Assembly: GCA_951406725.2 (NCBI GenBank)
Contig: OX597824.1
Location: 24,738,001-24,802,000 of the forward strand
From: Octopus vulgaris
Lineage: Eukaryota
Direction of reading: 5' to 3'
Length of the DNA stretch: 64,000 nt
Part shown: positions 14,775 to 27,469 of the stretch, piece after piece
Layout of the letters: every line of letters begins with the position of its first letter
How positions within the stretch are numbered: position 1 is the stretch's first letter
The notes under the pieces: generated by a model
What the model was told of the DNA's origin: nothing
What the model saw: only the letters and a program-made list of their open reading frames with translations
Databases searched by the model: none
Position numbers and translations under genes: made by a program

Positions 14775-15201
14775 TCATACTATTCTGCTCAATACCACAC
14801 ATTTGCTCGTCAGTTGCTTGACCTTAACCAGTAGCTGTATGTCCCTTAGTGGCTGGCGATATGGGCATCTCTGAGCACGAGCAGAAGTAGTGGGGGAGCA
14901 TCGTAGACATGTGTTGAGAGGAATTTGGTGGTGGTGGGGGGTGTTGAATAATTTACCTCTGGAAGCATGGCTATTTCGTTCAACATCCGTAAAACAGCCT
15001 TTATTCAGGGTGGCGTTTCCTTTCTCTTGGGGAATTTGCTATGCGTTGTTTATCTTGATATGAGATCACCAATTCGCGCACATATGCTTGTGATGCATGT
15101 GCCTCGTGTACCCTTATCAGACGAGAAGTCATGATGGGTATATTGGGCTTCGTATATTTTACCCCAGTGTCACTTTGATGGCATGCACTGCTTTCTCACT
15201 C
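14775..15201. repeat. Unclassified ~430-bp GC-richer segment bounded on both sides by (AAT)n; probable retroelement UTR remnant
   Basis: Sharp composition change between two AAT arrays; no recognisable ORF. Confidence 0.35.
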
Positions 15202-15224
15202 AATAATAATAATAATAATAATAA

Positions 15225-15510
15225 TTCTTTCTTTATTAGTCACAAAGGGCCACAAAAATATTTGGGAAAATTCAGAGAAATGACTGTGGGGAATTTACAA
15301 ACATGCGTATAAACTATTCAAACATTAACAATTAACAAGAAAATTCATAATAAAATTCCCCAAAAGAAGAGAACTGCCACCCAGAACCAACCAAGGGACC
15401 CTCACAGATTTTGAATCACCCTATGTCCCAGAAATACCATGGCAAGTGTTCCTATCACCTCCGTACTTTTCACTCAGTTTCATTCACTCCGGCCATTCTT
15501 GCTATATTTA
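15225..15510 (-). mobile_element. Tx1/L1-type LINE 3' end fragment
   Basis: Minus strand ATAGCAAGAATGGCCGGAGTGAATGAA (IARMAGVNE) parallels [10 protein letters not shown] of the LINE at 58352. Terminus CCCTTTGTGACTAATAAAGAAA matches that LINE's terminus. Confidence 0.65.
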
Positions 15511-15854
15511 TTTTCTTTAAACAAATAATGATGATTATAATAATTCCAAATTTTGGTACACGCCCAACAATTTAGGCGGGAGGAACAAGTTAATTATATT
15601 GACCTTATTTCATCGACCCTGATACGATGACAGTCAAATTTGACCTCAACAGAATTTGAACTCAATAATAATAATAATAATTCTTTCTTTAAAGAGCTGC
15701 AAAAAAAAAAAAAATGTAAGAAAAAGGTCACAAATATTTTCTCCGACCCGCTAATGATTTTGTTAAGCCACTGTCTTGATTATATAATACCAACTTTACT
15801 AACTACTCTACTAGCAGTAAGGAACTATTAAATATGACGACAGAAACATATACT

Positions 15855-16014
15855 AGGCGCAGGTGTGGGTTTGTGGTAAGTAGTTCGCTTACCAACCATA
15901 GTTCAGGGTTCAGTCCCACTGCGTGGCATCTTGGGCAAGTGTCTTACTATAGCCTCGGGCCGACCAATGCCTTTTGGGTGGATTTGGTAGACGGGAACTG
16001 AAAGAAGCCCGTCA

Positions 16015-16053
<39 letters not shown>

Positions 16054-16252
16054 ATGTGTGTGTGTATCTGTGTGTCCTTACACCATCGCTTGACAACGGA
16101 TGTTGATGTGTTTACGTCGCCGTAACTTAGCGGTTCGGCAAAAGAACGATAGAATAGGTACTAGGCCTACAAAGAATACGTCCTGGGATCGATTTGTTCG
16201 ACTAAAAGCGGTGCTTTAACATGGCCACAGTCAAATGACGGAAACAAATAAA
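15855..16252 (+). mobile_element. SINE family A, diverged full-length copy
   Basis: GGCGCAGGTGTGG head, CORE-like region and tail. Confidence 0.85.
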
Positions 16253-16404
16253 ACATACCAATTAAATGCATTAATACTAATATAACTAAATATGATTACA
16301 CTAGCTTAACTAATAATATAGTAACACTAACATAACTATTATCTATAAATAGTACTTTATATATTAATACTAATCTCACTAGCATAAATATTCTTTTGTA
16401 CTTT

Positions 16405-16975
16405 ACGCACAAGACCCGAAATTTTGGGGGAGGGGGCCAGTCGAATAGATCGACCTCAGAACGTAACTGCTACTTAATTTATCGACCCCGAAAGGATGAA
16501 AAGCAAAGTCGACCTCGGCGGAATTTGAACTCTGACCGTAACGGCAGACGAAATACTTATTTCTTTTACTACCCACAAGGGGCTAAATATAGAGGGGACA
16601 AACAAGGACAGACACACGGATTAAGTCGATTACATCGACCCCAGTGCGTAACTGGTACTTAAATTATCGACCCCGAAAGGATGAAAGGCAAAGTCGACCT
16701 CAGCGAAATTTGAACTCAGAACATAACGGCAGACGAAATACCTATTTCTTTACTACCCACAAGGGGCTAAAAACAGAGAGGACAAACATGGACAGACAAA
16801 TGGATTAAGTCGATTATATCGACCCCAGTGTGTAACTGGTACTTATTTAATCGACCCCGAAAGGATGAAAGGTAAAGTCGACCTCAGCGGAATTTGAACT
16901 CAGAACGTAACGGCAGACGAAATACCGCTAAGCATTTCACCCGGCGTGCAAACGTTTCTGCCAGCTCGCTTGCCT
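16405..16975 (-). mobile_element. SINE family C head-to-tail trimer
   Basis: Three copies of CGACCCCGAAAGGATGAAA at ~185-bp spacing; only the right-most unit carries the head. Confidence 0.9.
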
Positions 16976-17099
16976 TTCGCTAACATAAATATTACATTTA
17001 ATATTATTGCTAACATATCTATGTTAAGATACATATGAAGTAAATGTGTGAGTTTTAACTTAGCTATGAATATGATAACGCAAATATGTTCACGCAAAT

Positions 17100-17434
17100 T
17101 TTATCCTTTATCTCTTTCAGTTATTAAACTGCGGCTATGCTGGGGCACCACCTTAAATGGTTTAGTCGAACTTATTTTAAATTTGTTACTTATTCTATCT
17201 CTATTTTTTCGTCGAACTTCAAAGCTACAAGGACGAAAACAAACGAACACCGGCTGTCAGTTGGTGCTGGTGAGACAAACACAAACGCTTAGAAGCACAC
17301 ATATACAAAAACACGCGCGCACGCACCCATATAACATGCACCTTGGGCAAGAATCTTTTAGTACATAGTCTTGGGCCGACGAGTGATTTATGAATAAATT
17401 TTGTAAATGGAAACTGTGTGAAAGCCCATCGTGT

Positions 17435-17482
<48 letters not shown>

Positions 17483-17733
17483 GTGTGTGTGTGTTTGTCT
17501 GTCTATCTTTGTGTTTGCATTTGTCCCCTTTGCCGCTTGACAACCGGTGCCAGTGTATTTACTTGTCCGTAACTTAGCGGTCCAGTAAAAAATAGCGATA
17601 TAATAATAAGTAACCAACTTTAAGCAAAAAGGAAAATAAGCACCGAAGTTTGATTGGTTCGACTAACTAAAACGAAATGCTTGAGGCGGTGCTCCATCAT
17701 GACCGCAGCCCAATGACTGAAACAAGTAAAAAG
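17100..17733. mobile_element. Two old family A fragments in opposite orientation (17100-17335 minus, 17338-17733 plus)
   Basis: GCGGCTATGCTGGGGCACC (tail, minus) and CCTTGGGCAAG...GACTGAAACAAGTAAAA (plus). Confidence 0.7.
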
Positions 17734-17738
17734 AAAAG

Positions 17739-17770
<32 letters not shown>

Positions 17771-18224
17771 GCACACACACACACATATATATATATATAC
17801 ATATACTAGAAGCGTTTCGACTGATTGCTAAAACATTTCCAGCATTCAACCATTATTATCATTATTAATCTTCTTAACAACTTAGTCTTGGTATTTCGTC
17901 AAAACGATCCAACTATCTATACTAATTAAACACAACAATTGCAATTAAAATATTTATCATTCGTTGTTATTGTTGTTCTTGTTGTTCTTAGCGGTTGTGG
18001 CAGCGGTGGCGGTGACATTAATGATGGTGGTGGTGGTGGTGGTGACAATTATCTTTTATTATAAGCCAGTCGAGTGAAAGTAAAATGGCGTCCATTGGAC
18101 CATAACCTTGCTTTAATGACGAAAGCGGAGTGGTTTATCCGGGTACGTAATTTGTGCTTGTTTGTTTATTTACTTTAAAATATCCGTCATCTCATATGGG
18201 AATTTTATGAATGGCAATAGAGGA

Positions 18225-18401
18225 AAGTGACCGAGAGGGGATGGATGGGGGAGAGAAAATGAAAGAAAAAGAGAGAGAAAGAAAGAGAAATAGAGAGAGA
18301 TGAAGACACAGAGACAGTAGGAGAGAGAACGAGAGACAAGGAGAAATGGAGTGGCAAAGATAGAAGTGATAGAAGAGACAGAGAGATGGATAGAAACACG
18401 C

Positions 18402-18450
<49 letters not shown>

Positions 18451-18905
18451 AGTGAGAGAAAAGGGGCGAAAGAGAGTTGGAGAGAGGTAGATAGATAGAC
18501 AGGCAGACAGAAAGAGAAGGAAAAATGAAGACAAAGATAATAAGAGAAGAACTGAGAATGTGAGACGTAAAGACAGAGAGACAGATTGACGGAGACACGG
18601 GAAAGAGAAAGACACGAAGACATGAAGGCAGGCAGTCAGTCGGAGAAGAGACGAAAACTGAGAAAGAGACAGAGAGAGACGGACATTCTGAGATATGGAG
18701 AGAAAGAGAGAGTATGACGAAATAATACAGCGACATCAGGACAGAGAGAAGAGGCAGAAAGAGAAAGAGAGAGAGAGAGCGAGGGAAAAGTGAAGACATA
18801 GAGACAGTAGTAGAGAGAGAGAGAGAAATGTCAGAGAGGCAGAGAGACAGAGAGTTAGGTGGACAGATGGAGAGACACGTGAGAGAGAGATAAAGAGTGG
18901 GAGGA
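18225..18905. repeat. Degenerate GA-rich purine tract
   Basis: About 680 bp strongly purine-biased on the plus strand. Confidence 0.9.
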
Positions 18906-19161
18906 TTCAAATAAGAAACTGATGTCGCTTCTAAATAAGTTTGGTCGGGAGATAAAATGTTTCTCTCTCGAGGGTTGGTTGTTGTAAGATTGTTTAATTG
19001 ATGTAGAACGAACATGATGGATTAGGAACAAGCGTGGATATGTGGTAAGACGCTTTCTCTCTAAGTACAAGGTTCATGGTTCAATCCCGCCGCGTGGGAC
19101 CTTGAGCAGGAGTCTTAAAATATTGTGAGTGGATTGGTAGACGGAAACTGAAAGAATCCCA

Positions 19162-19362
19162 GGAGCTTTCTCCGTCCGGGTTGCGGATCCGTAGAACAAG
19201 CTGCCAGACGAGATGGTGAAGATGCCGACGACCGCTTTGTTCAAAGCCTCCCTTGACCTCAAGTGGCCTGAACTCTTTACATGAACACCACCCGTACATA
19301 ACTCCATGTCCCCCTACATGGCCTTGCTATTTGCTTTTGAGCCAAATTAACTAACTAACTAA
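19162..19362 (+). mobile_element. CR1-type LINE 3' end with (TAAC)n tail, following a SINE A fragment (19030-19160)
   Basis: Encodes GAFSVRVADP*NKLPDEMVKMPTTALFKASLD, matching the CR1 C-terminal FS.RV...WN.LP..VV....FK..LD. Short UTR ends AACTAACTAACTAAC. Confidence 0.8.
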
Positions 19363-20025
19363 CATATATACATATATATATATAGTTATGGTATATTCTG
19401 TGAAGAACATAGTGGAGTACTGTATAAAGCTCGTCCACCTTCAGATTTACCCTGTGCTAACCAGCAGTAGTATTATACGTACATCCATGCGTTTGGGTAC
19501 CTATCGTGAGTGAATACGTAATTGAAAAAAATTGGAGTCAACAAGAAGGGGTACATTTATTTTTTAATCACTACTCAACGTAGTTCTCTAGGTGTACGGG
19601 TTTTTGATTATATAAATGTTTCTCTGCATTATGAGATCTAGTTGTGTTTCCTCAAACGATATGTAAATATTGTCTCTGTAAACGGCATTATTTACACTAT
19701 CTACATCATTTACATTTGACGGATATTTGTCCTCATCTTGTTTGTTGTTTCGGCTGATATACACTCCAAACTGGGGTAATTTCGAAACTGGGTTCTCATT
19801 CCTAAGGTATTTTTCGATGTTATTATTGAGGTCACTGCCTGGAACCGAACTCGGAATCTTGCCATATGCTCGTTGGCAATTATGGAGTGAATTTTAGGGT
19901 TTATAAAGCTAATATTTTCCTTTCCTACCTTAATACCGGTTCCCATATGCTACTCATATCTGCACTTGGTATTGTCGCCTTTAAGAATCAACGCTCGGAC
20001 ACATACACGCATAGACATGCACACG

Positions 20026-20081
<56 letters not shown>

Positions 20082-20378
20082 AACACATTCACATACCCAT
20101 ATATACATACTTATATATTATAAAATTAATGAAAGAAAATGGAGGAGAGAAAATATAATAGACAATTCATTTTATTTGTATCACAATGTGAAAGTTAATG
20201 CAATGTAAAAGTGATGCATATAATGATAAGGAAACCGGATCAACAAAACAATCCCAAAATATCCGAAAAATATCCAACACATCTTTCAATCCGAACGTTT
20301 GTTTGAATCATCAACATTCAAACGATTGTAGACGTAAAAAAAACCCATATATCACATCCTCAAAATTTGAATGAGTGC

Positions 20379-20439
<61 letters not shown>

Positions 20440-20449
20440 AATTTTTAGC

Positions 20450-20950
20450 GTAATAAGATAAAAAACCAAGGCTGTATAGATATTAGAGCATTTATAGATA
20501 GAAGGTTTTACAGCTGTTTCTAGGATATTAATTAATAATATCCTTTCATCGGAGACGGTGTGAGAGGAAAGTTAAGTCATAGTTAGTTCAGATGTGATAC
20601 AAAGTAGAGAGTGAGGTGTAGGAAAGAGAATATATACAAGATATGTATGGGTATTGAAGTTGTAAGTTCGTTTTATAGGCATAATGGTATATATGCAATA
20701 TTCCAATGTCCTTTGAGTAAAATCCAAAAGTCCAACAGAGTTTAATAAGAGCCCTTCCAAATATAGAGTTTATAAGCAATGTAAGATTCCCTTATGAGTG
20801 AGATCCAGCAGAATTTTAAACTTGGTCATTCCCAAGGAGAACTACGTTGCGTCGAAACAATTGTAGTGATTATAAGTAAATGTCGAAACAATTGTAGTGA
20901 TTATAAGTAAATGTCCAACCGTAACCCTTCTTGTTGACTCTAATTTTTTC
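20450..20950. mobile_element. Penelope-like remnant, family P3, with hammerhead-like motif at 20504-20557 (minus)
   Basis: Minus strand CGTCT-CCGATGA-AAGGATATT..AATATCCTA-GAAAC-AGCT-GTA. Homologous to both arms of 53144-53453; bounded by (AT)n. Confidence 0.65.
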
Positions 20951-20953
20951 AAT

Positions 20954-20992
<39 letters not shown>

Positions 20993-21380
20993 GTGTGTGT
21001 GTGTGTTTTGTTTGTGAAATATAACGTGTCTTGAATGGTACAACAATGCAGAGTAAACGATAATAACTGTTATAATTTAATTGTCTATAGTCTGATATAA
21101 TAATATTTCGGAATATATAATTTCTTTCTTTAGATATCGCTAGGAATTGATCGAGTCACTGTTATACATTGATAAGAATGTATTTACGTATATATATATA
21201 TATATGTGCGTGTGTGTGTGTGTGTTTGTGTGTGTGTGTATGTGTGTGCGTGCGTGTGTGTGTGCGTGTGTCTGTGTATGTGTGTGTGTGTCTGTGTATG
21301 TGTGTGTGTGTGTGGGGGGGGTGAGTGTGTGTGTGTGCGTGTGCGTGTACATATATATATACACACATATATATAAAACA

Positions 21381-21600
21381 AAGGCGGCGAGCTGGCAGAA
21401 ACTTTAGCACGCCGGGCGAAATGTTTGCGGTATTTCGTCTGCCGTTACGTTCTGAGTTCAAATTCCGCCGAGGTCGACTTTGTCTTTCATCCTTTCGGGG
21501 TCGATAAATAAAGTACCAGTTACGCACTGGGGTCGATGTAATCGGCTTAATCCCCTTGTTTGTCCCCTCTATGTTTAGCCCCTTGTGGGTAGTAAAGAAA
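21381..21600 (+). mobile_element. SINE family C, young monomer
   Basis: AAGGCGGCGAGCTGGCAGAA head, GAGTTCAAATTCC B box, tail CCCCTTGTGGGTAGTAAAGAAA; flanking TATATATAAA.CAAAGG repeat. Confidence 0.9.
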
Positions 21601-21699
21601 TATATATAAATCAAAGGTAGGACAGAAAGAACACAACATGCGGAAAAAGAGACGATAACATAACAAACAGTAAAAGCAGGACAAAAACAATGCACACGG

Positions 21700-22437
21700 A
21701 TCATTCGCAGCCGATTTCTTCTTCAGTCAGTGTCCGCGTTCTTTCGTTCCGCCTCTCTCACATTTCTTTGCCTTCTTTTCTTACTCACTTTCCCTCCACT
21801 TTTCACTTCACTGTGTCCCTGTCATTTTTTTCTCGCCTCTCCTTAATTCTTCTGTCCCTCTACTTCTACTTCTCTCTCTTCTCTTCCCATGTGGCCGCCT
21901 CGGCCAAGCCTGTTCTTTCTTTCTTCGTCTGACCGTTGCCCGTGCAACATCAATATTCTTACCTGTGTTTGTGAAATTTTTGTATCCCCGCCGTAAAGCT
22001 TCATTTCCACACGCGCCAGTTTAATTCAATTCGTCTTTAGTCGAAAGACACCCGTTGTTATGTCCTATTATTATTTTTATTGTATTTATATTTTTAGTTG
22101 TATTTATATCTTTATTGTATTTTTTAATGATATTTATATTTGTGTAACATTGTCCGTTTTTCCGTCCTTGTTTTTGTATACATTCGCTGCTTTCTACCAA
22201 GGAATCTAATGCTCTTAGCTTAGTTTTTCCTTGGAGCTGGCCAAATTGGAGCAATCTCAAGAATAAGCAGCCGAAATTGCGAGGATAATCTGATGCTTGA
22301 CTGAGGAAAGAAAACTTCGAATGACCCGTCCTTGTTTTCTTTGTATCATCTGCCTGTATGTTTTGTTGTCCCTCTTTGAATCACCTAGCTATCCGGATGT
22401 TTTGTGTTCTTGTCCCATTTTGTATTTTATATATATA
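21700..22437 (+). mobile_element. Long non-coding repeat ending in the P4 terminus (probable Penelope-like terminal repeat)
   Basis: CAGCCGAAATTGCGAGGA...GTTCTTGTCCCATTTTGTATTTT is homologous to the 7825-8045 arms; ends in (AT)n. Class assignment is inferred. Confidence 0.45.
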
Positions 22438-23080
22438 TTACTCCACAGATGAGATCCATAGATTCCCAGTACAGAAGACACTTTGTAGTGCTCAAAGACT
22501 GCTATATCTTTGTAGGGAATCGATTCCACAAAGTAAAGAATGGGTGTAAGAGGAATCAAGTTGAACGGATATAGAGGCAATTATGCGGATAAACAAATTT
22601 GATACATTAAACACATTCAATATATTAAATATAGTAGTTTGGGTATGAAATACAAAATATGTATATATGTATACACGCAGACGAGAGAAAGCACAAAGTG
22701 AATACTTTCAGATGATGAGTTTTATGAATAAATATATAAATATTTATATTAATAGGTCCATATTTCACAAAGCACAAATAGCAGAGAAAATTAAAGGGGT
22801 GGAAGAAAGGTGTTATAAGTTCAACAGCTGTTTCTGGGGGGCTTCATACGTGCAAGCATGTACACACTCATCCACAAACATATACTCACACAACACATAC
22901 ACAAACACGTACACGCACACATATACACGCATGCTAAAATACACATACGTCTACACACGTACATACATATTAATCTATGTACACTCATACGATTATATAT
23001 AACTACATATATGTATTTCAGCATCATGCATCTCAATATGTATGTTTAGATTTCTACATGTAAATGAGAGAAAGGGGTGA

Positions 23081-23278
23081 TTATAGATGGGTACTCTCGA
23101 GTAGAATCTGGGTGTTACCCCAGTCGGATTTACGGTTGAGGGAGGGTTTATATTCCTGTATCCAGTCAGCTTCAGTGACTTGTCTCAACTTTGCGTAAGT
23201 GGTATGTGTAAATAAGATGTCTAACTTAAGTCTCCCAAAGGAGCCATTGTGGCAGTCTACAGCATGCTGATAGAAGAT
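23081..23278 (-). pseudogene. Penelope-like GIY-YIG endonuclease C-terminal fragment
   Basis: SIFYQHAVDCHNGSFGRLKLDILFTHTTYAKLRQVTEADWIQEYKPSLNR fits the PLE endonuclease pattern H...H......IL......R...EA..I....P.LN. Confidence 0.75.
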
Positions 23279-23381
23279 GGAATTTAGGGTTTTTTTCCCC
23301 TCTTCCCTTATGTATAAATTTATACTTAAAAATTCTTCATCTGAAAGACTCCATCTCTTGATTTCTTTTGTTTTGCATGTA

Positions 23382-23432
<51 letters not shown>

Positions 23433-23488
23433 AGAAATTTTAAAATTACTAAGTCTCTCTAAAAGAGATTACGGCAGCGTTACTGGAA

Positions 23489-23754
23489 ATTAATTGTTAT
23501 GGCCATATTAATATGGCAGTCTTATAGATATAAGACTAAAAGCTGTCGCTGATTAGCTCCATGGAATTTGGGGTTTTTTTTCCCCTCTTCCCTTATGTAT
23601 AAATTTATACTTAAAAATTGTTCGAAGGTTATAATGGACACAGTTTGTGTGTCAAATAGCTATCTTAAGGCGATGGCCTCATGGAGCTAATCAGCGACAG
23701 CTTTTAGTCTTATATCTATAAGACTGCCATATTAATATGGCGATAACAATTAAT
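23489..23754. repeat. 75-bp inverted repeat (23489-23563 / 23680-23754) enclosing a direct copy of 23277-23335
   Basis: Arms differ by about one base; ATGGAATTT.GGGTTTTTTTCCCCTCTTCCCTTATG is duplicated next to the GIY-YIG fragment. Confidence 0.9.
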
Positions 23755-23755
23755 A

Positions 23756-23843
<88 letters not shown>

Positions 23844-24255
23844 GGGAGTATATCCAAACTTACAGGGAAAAATTAGATTTAGGATTAAATCAAATTTCAC
23901 AGTATAATAGTATAATAGCTTAATAGTGGTTTTATCTCTAATTTAATTTATATATATATATTGTATTTCATACCCAAACATTTATATTTAATATACTTGA
24001 TGTATCTAATTTGTTTATCCGCATAATTGCCTCTCTCTGTATATACATGGAACGAGATATTGCCTCTCTATATATATTATTGGAACAAGATATGTACCAA
24101 CCCTTCTGGTCATGATATCTTGGACAACAAATATTTGCAAAATATTAAGATTTGGAAGGTGATGAACAAAACAAAATGGCTTTCTTCGCAATCTCGCTAT
24201 CAAGCAGGTGGTCGGTCGGTCAAAATTAACCTGAAATTAAGGAGAAGAATACATG

Positions 24256-24295
<40 letters not shown>

Positions 24296-24317
24296 CATGC
24301 ATGCATGCATACATGTA

Positions 24318-24665
24318 TGCTCTTTTACTCTTTTTTTACTCATTTACTTGTTTCAGCCATTTGACTGCGGCCATGCTGGAGCACCGCCTTTAGTCGAGCA
24401 AATCGACCCCGGGACTTATTCTTTGTAAGCCCAGTACTTATTCTATCGGTCTCTTTTGCCGAACTGCTAAGTGACGGAGACGTAAACACACCAGCATCGG
24501 TTGTCAAGCGATGTTGGGGGGGGGGACAAACACAGACACACAAACACATACATATATATACATATATACGACAGGCTTCTTTCAGGTTCCGTCTACCAAA
24601 TCCGCTCACAAGGCATTGGTCGGCCCGAGGCTATAGCAGAAGACACTTGCCCAAGATACCACGCA
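24318..24665 (-). mobile_element. SINE family A, 5'-truncated
   Basis: Family A tail and body; head missing. Confidence 0.88.
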
Positions 24666-25113
24666 GAGATAGTAAGATAGATAAAATACATTTAGGCTTG
24701 ATAGGTATTCTGTCATTATGATTTTCTGGGAAATACTTAATCTAAGAGAGACAGAAATATTATACCTATGTGAACTTTTCTTTCTCGTTGCACGTAAATC
24801 AGTCACAACACAGGCGTGTAAGAGTGTGAGTGAGAGAGACCGAGATCATAGATAAATAGTAAGAGGAAGAGCGAGACAGAAATATACATATCTGCGTATA
24901 AAGCGCGCGCGTGTGTGTGTGTGAAAGAGAGAGAGAGAGAAAGTTTAAAGTGTATTGTTTGGGATATCAATTATATCCGGTTGAATTTCTTGGAAAACGC
25001 TTTCAAAAATCACACGTGATATAATACTCCTGACACTCTTACTCTCTTACAAACATAAATATTTATTTGTGCGCGAGTATTAGGTATGCGCACGGGTGTG
25101 TCTATGTAAATGT

Positions 25114-25158
<45 letters not shown>

Positions 25159-25164
<6 letters not shown>

Positions 25165-25437
25165 GGTTGTATACTGTCAATCTAACAAGAACTTGACAGT
25201 AGGGGGTACACCACCGTTATATAGCCTAGGAGGCATCGAACGCCTCCTGACCTTCGACACATTTTAGCTTCGACACATTTTATCCTGTGTCCTTATATAC
25301 ACATATGTGTATATAAGGACACAGGATAAAATGTGTCGAAGCTGTCAGGAGGCGTTCGATGCCTCCTAGGGCTATATAACGGTGGTGTACCCCCTACTGT
25401 CACGTTCCTGTTAGATTGACAGTATACAACCATTATA
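25159..25437. repeat. ~280-bp near-perfect palindrome between (AT)n tracts
   Basis: Centre ACATATGT at 25301-25308. Arms differ by a few substitutions and a short duplication; each arm contains a GGAGGC/GCCTCC hairpin. Confidence 0.95.
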
Positions 25438-25488
25438 TCGCTCCACCACCGTACACCTCTCTACGAGAGATTTAGAAACTCAATATTT

Positions 25489-25551
<63 letters not shown>

Positions 25552-25791
25552 TCTTTCTTTCTCTTTTAGTTTTTTACTTGCTTCAGTCATTTGACTTTGG
25601 CCATACTAGAGAACCGCCTTTAGTCGGGCAAATCGACCCCCAGGACTTTTTCTTTGTAAGCCTAGTACTTTTTCTATCGGTATCTTATGCTGAACCGCTA
25701 GATTACGGGGAGGTAAACACAACAGCGTCGGTTGTCAAGCGATGTTGGGGCGACAAACACAGATAAACAACATATACACACACATACATGC

Positions 25792-25832
<41 letters not shown>

Positions 25833-25867
25833 TGTGTTCCTCTCCTCTCTCTGTATATATATATATG

Positions 25868-25919
<52 letters not shown>

Positions 25920-25942
25920 CATACATATATAATATATATACA

Positions 25943-25992
<50 letters not shown>

Positions 25993-26139
25993 TACATACA
26001 TACAATGTGAGTCAGCTATTTGAGTACAAATTTATTTTTATTTAAGGTAAACAAAATTATTTATTAGAGAAAAACCAATACATTTTCACAGAATACGATA
26101 CCCATATTCTTACATACACATAAGAAAAGGATACTATTC

Positions 26140-26380
26140 CTTCCCGAGCTATATACGCTCATAGGCCCGGTTTCCCGGTTTCCATGGCGTGTATATTCCC
26201 TCACCCCTGGACGGGACGCCAGTCCGTCACAGGAATACTCATTTTTACCAGCTGAGAGGACTGGAGCAACGTGGACTGGAGAAGTGTTTTGCTCAAGAGC
26301 ACAACGCATCGCCTGGTTCAGGAATCGAAACCACTATCTTACGATCATGAGTCCAACACTCCTCTCCACTTAGCCACGCT
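26140..26380 (-). mobile_element. tRNA-derived SINE family D with type 2 tail
   Basis: GCGTGGCTAAGTGG A box, GGTTTCGATTCC B box, CORE-like GCTCTTGAGCAAAACACTT. Relatives at ~31210-31385, 36075-36310, 39797-40036 and 44200-44535. Confidence 0.8.
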
Positions 26381-26560
26381 CTTCTACTACATGCACATAC
26401 CAAAAGACTTTTCAAGAAAACCACCGCCATCAGACTCAATTGGAACCACGATAAGGCTTCTGAAACGATTAAATGCCAATGTATAATCAAGTGACCTTTA
26501 TTCATACTGATTAATAACATCCCCAGTAGCAAGTATCAACGAGCCCTTGGTATGGTGAGC

Positions 26561-26794
26561 AAGGCGGCGAGCTGGCAGAAACGTTAGCACGCCGGGCGAA
26601 ATGCGTAGCCGTATTTCGTCTGCCGTTACGTTCTGAGTTCAAATTCCGCCGAGGTCGACTTTGCCTTTCATCCTTTCAGGGTCGATTAAATAAGTACCAG
26701 GCTACGCACTGGAATCGATATAATCGACTTAATCCGTTTGTCTGTCCTTGTTTGTTCCCTCTGTGTTTAGCCCCTTGTGGTCAGTGAAGAAATA
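26561..26794 (+). mobile_element. SINE family C monomer with 15-bp TSD
   Basis: GGTATGGTGAGCAAG at 26549-26563 and 26795-26809. Confidence 0.92.
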
Positions 26795-26856
26795 GGTATG
26801 GTGAGCAAGTTTATTGGTTTCACTCTGAACAGACGCCCTAGAGTAATAGTCCTGAG

Positions 26857-27114
26857 CAGCGGTTTCCAACCATTTTTTGCTTATGGATCCCTGTGATAGC
26901 TATTTTACTCGAGAGGATCCACATAACAATTCTTTGCTTAAAACACTCTATGCTATTCTTTATTAATTAAATGTTATTAGGAATTGTATTAAAAAATTGT
27001 TAAAATATTTTGTGTCTAAGTAGAAGTATAACCAGTTTATTGCGCATAAACTTTAACAACAAAATCTTATATGGTCCCCGCAAGGATCATTGTGACCCCG
27101 GTTGAGAACCACTT
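26857..27114. mobile_element. hAT (Charlie-like) MITE
   Basis: Termini CAGCGGTTTCCAACC...GGTTGAGAACCACT resemble CAGTGGTTCTCAAC hAT TIRs; right flank ATCTAGAG fits the NTCTAGAN target. Confidence 0.7.
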
Positions 27115-27377
27115 ATCTAGAGAGCTTGAATTAGGAGAGCAAAGAGGATAAATGTTAAGGGTAACATGATGATGAAAATTTTCGGCCATCTACTCCTTGG
27201 TTGTGCAGCCCATGTCAGAGGTTACAAAATTTTGTTGCAACACGTAGGTCTCCCGACAAGCAACTCTCTTGATCCAGAGTTTGAAAACCGTCTCCATTGC
27301 CTCTCGATGAAGGCAGCCGTATTGACCCTACACCTTGCGAGAAAATGTGTAAGAGCATAACATGACATTATGTGTGT

Positions 27378-27429
<52 letters not shown>

Positions 27430-27469
27430 ACATGTGTATTTGCATATTTATGGCTACGTATGAATACGA

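Noticed and set aside
16405-16975. CRISPR-like regularly spaced repeats
   Set aside because: Whole ~185-bp units are homologous, there are no unique spacers or cas genes, and the context is eukaryotic.
18170-19015. 281-aa Leu/Ser-rich ORF
   Set aside because: It is the antisense translation of a degenerate GA-rich tract.
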